From Patescibacteria group bacterium (GTDB lineage: Bacteria > Patescibacteriota > Microgenomatia > UBA1400 > JAHJAY01): a DNA stretch of 32,000 nucleotides. Shown one piece after another: positions 8,889 through 15,594 of the stretch (positions within the stretch are counted from its first letter, which is position 1; each line of letters starts with the position of its first letter). The stretch lies in the NCBI GenBank assembly GCA_018813815.1, contig JAHJAY010000041.1:1-32000 (forward strand), given 5' to 3'. The notes under the pieces were generated by a model that was given only the letters and a program-made list of their open reading frames with translations, made no database searches and was not told where the DNA came from. Made by a program: the position numbers and the translations under genes.

Positions 8889-8894
8889 AAACTT

Positions 8895-9935
8895 ATGATT
8901 ATTCGGCCAATAACGCTTACAGAAAAAGACCAATTCAATCAGGTAGCCAATCATCCGCTTCAATCCTGGGAATGGGGCGAGTTTCGCAAGCAAACCGGCC
9001 TTAAAGTCAGACGCCTAGGCGCTTTTGACGGCAAACAACTTCAGGCCGGATATCAAATAACCATTCACCCAATTCCCAAAACTAATTTTACTATTGGCTA
9101 TTTCCCTCGCGGACCAATGCCTGATTCTACTATGATTAAGGCCTTAACAAGCATTGGCCAGGAAGAAAACTGCTTATTTATTAAACTCGAACCTGATGTT
9201 GCTTTACCAATTAATGCTCAAGCAAACAGTTCAGCTTGGCAAAATGTTGAAGATTTTCTAATCAAACATAATTGTAAGCCCGGCCGGCCCCTTTTTACTC
9301 AATATACTTTTCAAATTGACTTAACTAAAACTGAAAAAGAATTATTAACCCAAATGAAGCCAAAAACGCGCTACAATATCCGCCTGGCAGCCAATAAAGG
9401 TGTTAAAATAGTGCTTGACTCAACTGATCAAGGCTTTAAACAATATCTCCAGCTCCGATCAACAACTTTAAAACGCCAACAGTTTTTTGATCACACTGAA
9501 GATTATAAGTGGCAAATGTGGCACCAGCTCTACCCGGCCGGCATGGCTCATTTACTCAAGGCTGTTTATCAAAACCAAACCTTAGCCGCCTGGGTGTTAT
9601 TCACTTTTAAAAACAGGCTTTACTATCCTTACGGCGCCTCCTCCGACCAGTATCGCGAAGTCATGGCCTCTAACTTACTTATGTGGCAAGCCATGCGTTT
9701 TGGTAAAAAACAAGGTTGTCAAATATTTGATCTCTGGGGCAGCCTTGGCCCTGACCCTGATCCTCAAAACCCATGGTATGGTTTTCATCGTTTTAAAATG
9801 GGTTATGGCGGCCAATTGGTAAAATTCCTGGGCAGTTTTGACTTGGTGCTTAAACCCGGACTTTACCCTTTTTACCGCACAACAGAAACCATCCGTTGGC
9901 AATTTTTAAGACTCCTGGCCAAATGGAAAACCTGA
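8895..9935 (+). CDS. FemAB-family peptidoglycan interpeptide-bridge aminoacyltransferase
   Basis: MKPKTRYNIRLAANKGVKI, YYPYGASS, FDLWG, GFHRFKMGYGG. Its size (346 aa) fits FemX-like enzymes. Confidence 0.85.
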   Translation: MIIRPITLTEKDQFNQVANHPLQSWEWGEFRKQTGLKVRRLGAFDGKQLQAGYQITIHPIPKTNFTIGYFPRGPMPDSTMIKALTSIGQEENCLFIKLEPDVALPINAQANSSAWQNVEDFLIKHNCKPGRPLFTQYTFQIDLTKTEKELLTQMKPKTRYNIRLAANKGVKIVLDSTDQGFKQYLQLRSTTLKRQQFFDHTEDYKWQMWHQLYPAGMAHLLKAVYQNQTLAAWVLFTFKNRLYYPYGASSDQYREVMASNLLMWQAMRFGKKQGCQIFDLWGSLGPDPDPQNPWYGFHRFKMGYGGQLVKFLGSFDLVLKPGLYPFYRTTETIRWQFLRLLAKWKT

Positions 9936-10792
9936 ATAAATATCCAGACATCCGTCAGTCACCAGCCCATGCCCGTTTTATGAAATCAATTGGCTGGCAA
10001 GTTGCGACCATCAACAACATTCAGGCTTTTATCAAACGCTTGCCTTGTTTACCGTTTAGCTTAATGAAAATCCAGCGGTTTAACCAACCATTGGACAAAC
10101 AGGCTTTAGACAAAATCATTAAAAAGCATCGAGTGGTTTTTTTAAAAATCGAGCCTCAAATTCAACAGCCAACAAAACTCTCCGGTTTTAAAAAAGATCA
10201 TTGGCCACTTAGCCCGAGCCATACTCTTTGGCTGGATTTAAAACCAAGCGAAAAACAGCTCCTGGCTCAAATGAAAGCTAAAACCCGCTATAATATTCAT
10301 TTGGCTCAAAAAAAGGGCTTGAACATAAAAGTTCTCCGGGGCCAACAAGCAAGTCTAACCGACTTAAAAGCCTTTTATCAAATTTGGCGGCAGCGGGCCA
10401 GAAAAATCCACCTTAACCCGCCCCGTTTTGATCAATTAAAGTCATTAAAAACTGCTTTTGGGCAGGACTTTTTCCTGCTTTTAGCCAATCAAAACGAACA
10501 ATTAGTGACCGGTTTAATAATTTTAAAATATCAACAAGCCGCCTGGTATTGGCACAATGCCTCAACCAAATGCGGCATGAAGTTGTTTGCACCAACCTTG
10601 TTAACTTGGCAGGCAATCCAGCAAGCCAAAAACTCCGGTTGCCGGCTGTTTGATTTTGAAGGCATCTATGATCCGCGCTTTAGTCAACAAACCAAAAAAT
10701 GGCAAGGCTTCACTCGTTTTAAAACCGGATTTGGCGGTCAAAAAATTCAGTTCCCCGGCCCATTTGTCCGCTGGCTCAACCCTTTTAAATAA
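9923..10792 (+). CDS. FemAB-family paralog (shorter, about 289 aa)
   Basis: MKAKTRYNIHLAQKKGLNIKV, WYWHNAST, FDFEGI, GFTRFKTGFGG. ATG 9923 is preferred over TTG 9896 and overlaps the upstream gene by 13 nt. Confidence 0.8.
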   Translation: MENLNKYPDIRQSPAHARFMKSIGWQVATINNIQAFIKRLPCLPFSLMKIQRFNQPLDKQALDKIIKKHRVVFLKIEPQIQQPTKLSGFKKDHWPLSPSHTLWLDLKPSEKQLLAQMKAKTRYNIHLAQKKGLNIKVLRGQQASLTDLKAFYQIWRQRARKIHLNPPRFDQLKSLKTAFGQDFFLLLANQNEQLVTGLIILKYQQAAWYWHNASTKCGMKLFAPTLLTWQAIQQAKNSGCRLFDFEGIYDPRFSQQTKKWQGFTRFKTGFGGQKIQFPGPFVRWLNPFK

Positions 10793-10801
10793 TGCTATTA
10801 T
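10793..10801 (+). promoter_or_regulatory. Extended -10 TGCTATTAT, 6 nt before ATG 10808 (leaderless hydrogenase mRNA predicted)
   Basis: t10793 g10794 c10795 + TATTAT 10796-10801, spacer taaacc, ATG 10808. It starts 1 nt after the FemAB stop. Confidence 0.5.
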
Positions 10802-10807
10802 TAAACC

Positions 10808-12499
10808 ATGGCCAAAACTAAAATTGCGGTTTTTGATCTTACCGGCTGTGACGGCTGCCAATTTCACTTAATGTCTCTAAACGAACTTTTGCTGGATCTT
10901 TTCCAAGATTTTGAAATTAACTACTGGCGTCTGCTGACCGAACCAAGCAAAATTGATTGTGACATTGCTATTATTGAAGGTGCGGTTACTACCGAAGAGC
11001 ATATTAAGCTCTTAAAAGAAATTCGCCAAACTTCAAAAGTGGTTATTGCCATTGGCGCCTGCGCTTTAAACGGCAATGTTTTTGCTCAAATTCCCCAAAA
11101 GCAACGAGCTAAACTGGCAGCCAAAATTTACGATGCCAATTACCAGCTTAAAGCTAAATTTTTAGAGCCGGTCGCCAAATTTATTCAGGTTGATGAACAA
11201 GTGTCCGGCTGCCCGCCAAACATTGAGGATTTCAAAAAAATCCTGGCCAAATATCAAAAAGAGCCGGTTGTTTCCGCTCTCAAAACCGTCACTGTACCTG
11301 ATTATGTGGCTAAAATTGAGGGCCATGGTATTTTAAAAATTAATTTTAAAACTCAACAGGCCAGTTTTCAAGTTGAAGAAAGTGAGCGTTTAATTGAAGG
11401 CTTATTAATAGGTAAAAAATTCCAGCAAGCCCCATTTATTAATGCCCGGATTTGCGGCATCTGTCCGGTAGCTCACAATCTCTGTTCTTGGGCGGCAATT
11501 GAAAATGCTTATCAAGTTCAACCTCTATTGGCAGTGATTAATTTAAGAAAACTTTTATTGGCCGCTCAAACAATTAAAAGTCATGTGCTTCATCTTTTCT
11601 TTTTAGTTTTACCTGATTATGCCCAAGTTAAAGGCGGGATTGAATTGGCCACTAAATATCCGGCTGAGTTTCATTTAATGCTTAATATCAAACGTACGGC
11701 TGATCGGACAATGGAAATTGTTGGTGGCTCAAGCGCTTTTCCCACCACGACGATTTTAGGCGGCTTTGCTCAAATGCCGGATTTAATTGAACTTAAAAAA
11801 ATCAGCCAGTCAATTGAGGAAATCCTGGATGAAGCTGAAGATTTGGTTAAGCTTTTTGCTTCCCTGAAAATACCAAGCCTAACCACTCAAACCCGGCTTT
11901 TAACCACCAACCCGGTTAGTGGACAATATCCGCTTTATCCCGGTAGTTTAAATACCACAATTAAAGAAAGTGTTCAGTCAAAATCAACCGCCAAGCTTGG
12001 CATTTTGGCAGATGGTACGGTTATCAAAGTTGGCGCCTTAGCCCGCCTGTCCAGCTATGCTGATAATCTCCATTCACAAGCCAAAGAGCTTTGGCAACAA
12101 CACCCGGTTGACCCGCATAACCCTTTTGACAACAATTTGGCTCAAGCAATTGAAGTCTTACATTTCTTAGAAGAAATCCAACTCTTGGTTGAAGATTTAA
12201 CCAAAACCGACCTCAATCAAACAATTGGTTTAAAAACCCCGCCAAGCCTCAAACAGGCTGTTTCCGGTCAAGCCGCCTTAGAAGCTCCTCGGGGTGTTTT
12301 AATCCACCAGGTAACTCTTGAACCTGATGGCACTATTCAAAATTACAACATTATTCCGCCCACGCAAATTAATCTGGCTTCTTTAAACCATGAAGCTCAA
12401 ATTTTGGCTCAACAAAGTCAAACCCAAACCAACTTAAAAAAATCAGCCGAACAGCTTATCCGCGCCTTTGATCCCTGCATCACCTGCGCAGTGCATTAA
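10808..12499 (+). CDS. [NiFe]-hydrogenase, small-subunit (proximal-cluster domain only) fused to large subunit
   Basis: The N-terminal 150 aa are small-subunit-like: KIAVFDLTGCDGCQ (C14, C17), IAIGACALNG (C85), QVSGCPPN (C135). A linker of about 30 aa without Cys follows. The large subunit has AKIEGHG, RICGICPVAH (L1) and C-terminal DPCITCAVH (L2), with stop TAA immediately after the His. Confidence 0.9.
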   Translation: MAKTKIAVFDLTGCDGCQFHLMSLNELLLDLFQDFEINYWRLLTEPSKIDCDIAIIEGAVTTEEHIKLLKEIRQTSKVVIAIGACALNGNVFAQIPQKQRAKLAAKIYDANYQLKAKFLEPVAKFIQVDEQVSGCPPNIEDFKKILAKYQKEPVVSALKTVTVPDYVAKIEGHGILKINFKTQQASFQVEESERLIEGLLIGKKFQQAPFINARICGICPVAHNLCSWAAIENAYQVQPLLAVINLRKLLLAAQTIKSHVLHLFFLVLPDYAQVKGGIELATKYPAEFHLMLNIKRTADRTMEIVGGSSAFPTTTILGGFAQMPDLIELKKISQSIEEILDEAEDLVKLFASLKIPSLTTQTRLLTTNPVSGQYPLYPGSLNTTIKESVQSKSTAKLGILADGTVIKVGALARLSSYADNLHSQAKELWQQHPVDPHNPFDNNLAQAIEVLHFLEEIQLLVEDLTKTDLNQTIGLKTPPSLKQAVSGQAALEAPRGVLIHQVTLEPDGTIQNYNIIPPTQINLASLNHEAQILAQQSQTQTNLKKSAEQLIRAFDPCITCAVH

Positions 12500-13074
12500 A
12501 TGGTTTTTCTGGTATATTTCTCTAAATTATCCTTCTGCTTTTGAGTCAAAATCTGACAGCGCTGGCCCCAATGATAGGATATAAACTTACCGGCTTCTTC
12601 TTGCCAACTAATTTGACACAGCTGGCGGCGACGTTCGTCAAATTTAACCCGGCCAGTAACTGAACCAACTACCAAAACATGGAAACTGTGATGGGCTACT
12701 GCTTTTGGACCAATCCGGCGGCAACGTTTTTTGGCGGTTGATAAACTCAATAGTCCCGGCCGGGTAAATTCTTTAATAATTAAGTTTTTCAAATCATTAA
12801 CCCTGACCTGCTCTAAAAGCTCGTTGCCAAGCCAATAAGCTTCAACCACTTTTGCATTCAATGGATCAGTGATTCGGTTACTTTTGGCAATCAAAACATA
12901 ATAAGGATAAGCGGCTTCAAAAGTGGATAAAACCTGCCTAACCTTATTTTCATCAACTGCTTTACCCTTAAGAAAATTCTCCAGAATTTCACTCGTTTGT
13001 TTAATTTTTTGACCGCAAAAACCGAGACGGCAAGGTGGATAACTATAAAGCGCGGCCAGGCGCAAACCGGACAT
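12496..13074 (-). CDS. Conserved-looking hypothetical protein, Cys/His-rich, last gene of hypC operon
   Basis: 192 aa. ATG 13074 is preceded by AAGGAG with a 5-nt spacer and overlaps the eamA-like gene by 32 nt. Motifs are YPPCRLGFCG, AVAHHSFHV and two further Cys. I cannot name a family from the sequence. Confidence 0.65.
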   Translation of the reverse strand: MSGLRLAALYSYPPCRLGFCGQKIKQTSEILENFLKGKAVDENKVRQVLSTFEAAYPYYVLIAKSNRITDPLNAKVVEAYWLGNELLEQVRVNDLKNLIIKEFTRPGLLSLSTAKKRCRRIGPKAVAHHSFHVLVVGSVTGRVKFDERRRQLCQISWQEEAGKFISYHWGQRCQILTQKQKDNLEKYTRKTI

Positions 13075-13939
13075 AATCGCTCCTTTGCCGCAGTAAAAAA
13101 GTCACACCAACCCCAAATAAAAGCATGCCAAAAATTTGCTGACCAGCCGGAATCACACCCAAAACTGTTAAGGAAAGCAAGGTAGTAATCGGACTGCCCA
13201 AGGTTAAAATCGCTGTTCCTAAACTAACCGGCAGACGCTTTAAAGCCGAATACCAGCTAACTACATAACCTAACAAAAAAAGACTGGTAATAACAATGCC
13301 TCTGATTTGTACTAAGCCAAAATTGTCAAATTGCAACCATTGGCGATTAAACAGCAAAAACACCCCAATGAGCAATGAACCAAAACCCATCCGGCCAAAA
13401 GCCACAGTTAAAGCCGGTAACCTGCTTAAAAGCTTTTTAGACAATATATTTTCCAGTGCCCATAAAATTGTGGCTGCTAAAATTAAATTATCACCGGGCT
13501 GAAACTTAAAAGAAAAGGCTTTTAAAATAAACAAATTGCCTAAAATCAAAAACGCCGCCGCCCATAGAAATTTTTTATTTAATTTTTCTTTAAGCCAAAA
13601 CCAGCTAAACACGGAAACAAAAATAAACAGATTTTTATGAATCAAGGCGGCATTAACAGCCGTTGTTTGGCTTAAACCCTGGAAAAAAAGCAAAAAAGGT
13701 AAACTGCCGCCAATCAAACCAATCAAACCAAGATTTAACCAGTCTTTAAAACTTAAGGTTTTAAACCTGGACAGTTGTTGAGTCTGATATAAAATTAACC
13801 CCAACCCAATCGCCACTAAAACATTTTTACTCAGAGTAAAAACATAGGGATTTAAACCAGTAATTATCAGTTTGTTAATAAAAATAGATACGCCGGAAAT
13901 CAACGCAGTAATTAAAACCAGTAAAATTCCCTTAGACAT
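13043..13939 (-). CDS. EamA/DMT-superfamily transporter
   Basis: About ten hydrophobic segments arranged as two 5-TM halves. GGGAGG lies 5 nt upstream of ATG 13939, and the gene overlaps hypC by 8 nt. Confidence 0.8.
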   Translation of the reverse strand: MSKGILLVLITALISGVSIFINKLIITGLNPYVFTLSKNVLVAIGLGLILYQTQQLSRFKTLSFKDWLNLGLIGLIGGSLPFLLFFQGLSQTTAVNAALIHKNLFIFVSVFSWFWLKEKLNKKFLWAAAFLILGNLFILKAFSFKFQPGDNLILAATILWALENILSKKLLSRLPALTVAFGRMGFGSLLIGVFLLFNRQWLQFDNFGLVQIRGIVITSLFLLGYVVSWYSALKRLPVSLGTAILTLGSPITTLLSLTVLGVIPAGQQIFGMLLFGVGVTFLLRQRSDYVRFAPGRAL

Positions 13940-14153
13940 GATGGCCTCCCTGCTTAAACAAAGTTAAAGTTTCCCTGGCTTGCTGAGGAGAAACTTTATT
14001 GATCGCCGTATCTTGATAGGCCAATAAGTAATCGCCCACTTTAACTGTTTCATCCAAAGCGGAAACATCCAGCCAATGACAATGATCTGGCAGCTCAACT
14101 TTAGCTTGATGGCCTTTTATGGCAATTACTTTGCCGGGAATTCCTAAACACAT
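13932..14153 (-). CDS. hypC: Hydrogenase maturation chaperone HypC/HybG/HupF
   Basis: Starts MCLGIPGKVIAI, the invariant Cys2 motif. At 73 aa it matches the family size. Confidence 0.93.
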   Translation of the reverse strand: MCLGIPGKVIAIKGHQAKVELPDHCHWLDVSALDETVKVGDYLLAYQDTAINKVSPQQARETLTLFKQGGHHV

Positions 14154-14167
14154 AGCTTAAATCTATT

Positions 14168-14224
14168 TTATTTATCTGGTTTTGGTTTTGGCTTACAAGG
14201 ACCGCATCCACCACATCCACTCAT
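14168..14224 (-). CDS. Unannotated 18-aa Cys-rich micro-protein MSGCGGCGPCKPKPKPDK
   Basis: ATG (14224-14222) is preceded by AGGAGG plus the 5-nt spacer taaac and by an extended -10. Stop TAA is at 14170-14168. hypC starts 14 nt downstream. Confidence 0.6.
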   Translation of the reverse strand: MSGCGGCGPCKPKPKPDK

Positions 14225-14229
14225 GTTTA

Positions 14230-14250
14230 CCTCCTGCAATTATTTTAGCA
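14230..14250 (-). promoter_or_regulatory. Extended -10 TGCTAAAAT followed by AGGAGG Shine-Dalgarno for the micro-ORF/hypC operon
   Basis: The reverse complement of 14242-14250 is TGCTAAAAT. After a 6-nt spacer, the predicted +1 (14235) is the first A of AGGAGG (14235-14230). Confidence 0.5.
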
Positions 14251-14260
14251 TAAAAAAGTT

Positions 14261-14443
14261 TCAGTCTCTGCGGCAATCAATCTCTGGCTTAGGCGCGCTC
14301 GGCTGACCATGCTTAATCCATTGACCATGTTCACAAATCCAATCATCCTCACTCCCGCCAATTACAAACCTAAGCACCAGCCAAAGCATCAGGCCAACCG
14401 CCAAAAATTTTAATAAACCACCAAACTTCTTCTTATTTTTCAT
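14261..14443 (-). CDS. Small membrane-anchored protein (60 aa), function unknown
   Basis: MKNKKK, then one TM helix (LLKFLAVGLMLWLVLRFVIGG), then a short ectodomain with two Cys (DDWICEHGQWIKHG...IDC). It has its own leaderless-type promoter. Confidence 0.6.
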   Translation of the reverse strand: MKNKKKFGGLLKFLAVGLMLWLVLRFVIGGSEDDWICEHGQWIKHGQPSAPKPEIDCRRD

Positions 14444-14449
14444 TAATCT

Positions 14450-14458
14450 AAAGTATCA
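14450..14458 (-). promoter_or_regulatory. Extended -10 TGATACTTT, 6 nt before ATG 14443 (leaderless start predicted)
   Basis: The reverse complement of aaagtatca (14450-14458) is TGATACTTT, followed by spacer agatta and the ATG. Confidence 0.4.
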
Positions 14459-14477
14459 CATATGTTTATAGCCAAAA

Positions 14478-14684
14478 TCAATTATGAACCTTTTGTTCTT
14501 TAGCTACTGCTTCTCTAATTGAGTCCGACGGATAAATTGCTCTCAAAGAGTAGTGACGACTTTTAATGGTTTCTACTAGTTTTTCCTTGGCTTTCAAACT
14601 ATTTATTAAACGCCAATCCCTGGGGTAATCTCTGCGGCCAAAGCCCTTTAACATAATTTGCTCTTGAATTTTTTGAATAATCAA
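14478..14684 (-). CDS. Hypothetical small basic protein (68 aa from TTG 14684, or 58 aa from ATG 14654)
   Basis: The TTG start forms a TTGA overlap with the upstream stop. An alternative ATG at 14654 has a weak AAGAG upstream. I recognise no family. Confidence 0.5.
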   Translation of the reverse strand: MIIQKIQEQIMLKGFGRRDYPRDWRLINSLKAKEKLVETIKSRHYSLRAIYPSDSIREAVAKEQKVHN

Positions 14685-15580
14685 AACAGGTCTTTCCCTA
14701 CTATAATAATATAATAAACTGAAGGAATACCGCCTAACATTAATAGCTGTTCAAGCCAAAGGGCTTGTACAAAAGTTTCTCCAACTACTGCTTCATTTTC
14801 AATTTGATCCAAACAAAACTCAATACAGGCTTTTTCCGACTCACTAGGCTCTAAAGAAAGAGCTTTCAACATTTCTAATCTTTTTCTGTAATCAATTAAG
14901 CCCTCTAGTTCTATAGTTTCTAGATGCCAAAATAGATACCTGTCGCCAAAATCCGCCCTTCCCCGTCGTGTTTTAACGTAATCTTGATACTTATTTCTTA
15001 AGCGCTCAAAAAGATTGAGCCTTTCCTGTAATTCTTGAGTAGAGCTGGTTAAAACTACTTTTAAGTATGAATGGGCTTCGTCCAGAACACGTAGCGAATC
15101 TCGATCTGCCTTCACTTCATCTGTTTCTAGTTTTTCTAATAAAACCGGGGGTAGTTTATCAACCAAAGAAAAATAATAGTGATCTTCTGGTAAATAAATG
15201 GCTTGAACATTAGGAATCTTATAAGAAGGGAGCCATTGACCTTGACAATCTCTAGCTTCTCCAACAATACCATGCCCATGTCCTTGACGATCGAAATCAT
15301 TAATAAAAACACCCTTATTATCTTTTGTTATTCTATACATCCGAGTCTGATCTTCTATGCCTCCAGCTACATAAATACAAACTACGCCTTTATTGTGCTT
15401 AAATTCCTCGCGAGGATCTACTAAGTATCCTGCTAAAATATCATCAGTTAAAATCCCATTCTCGGGTGGATCGATCCTTAAATAACGAGTTTTAGAGAAA
15501 GGCGGTTGCACTACTAACTCATTGGCAAAAAGTCCTTCTCGGAAAATACTAATTGATGGCGCTGTAGGCTTTTCATCCAT
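14681..15580 (-). CDS. Hypothetical protein (299 aa), two-domain, possible C-terminal hydrophobic anchor
   Basis: Long clean ORF starting 14 nt after the helicase-nuclease stop, with no promoter-like element between them. The N-terminal part looks mixed alpha/beta (GVVCIYVAGGIEDQ, DRQGHGHGIVGE). The C-terminal half is helical and ends in LLMLGGIPSVYYIIIVG. No family recognised. Confidence 0.7.
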   Translation of the reverse strand: MDEKPTAPSISIFREGLFANELVVQPPFSKTRYLRIDPPENGILTDDILAGYLVDPREEFKHNKGVVCIYVAGGIEDQTRMYRITKDNKGVFINDFDRQGHGHGIVGEARDCQGQWLPSYKIPNVQAIYLPEDHYYFSLVDKLPPVLLEKLETDEVKADRDSLRVLDEAHSYLKVVLTSSTQELQERLNLFERLRNKYQDYVKTRRGRADFGDRYLFWHLETIELEGLIDYRKRLEMLKALSLEPSESEKACIEFCLDQIENEAVVGETFVQALWLEQLLMLGGIPSVYYIIIVGKDLF

Positions 15581-15594
15581 AATTTACTTACTAC

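Noticed and set aside
14154-14224. Micro-ORF as a Cys-sensing attenuation leader peptide
   Set aside because: Only 14 nt separate its stop from the hypC ATG. That leaves no room for terminator/antiterminator structures, and no U-tract is present.
14924-14941. R-x4-H (RYLFWH, aa 214-219) in the helical half of the 299-aa unknown, as a HEPN RNase motif
   Set aside because: A single short pattern without the surrounding HEPN helix conservation is too weak. It is recorded only as something to test by profile search.
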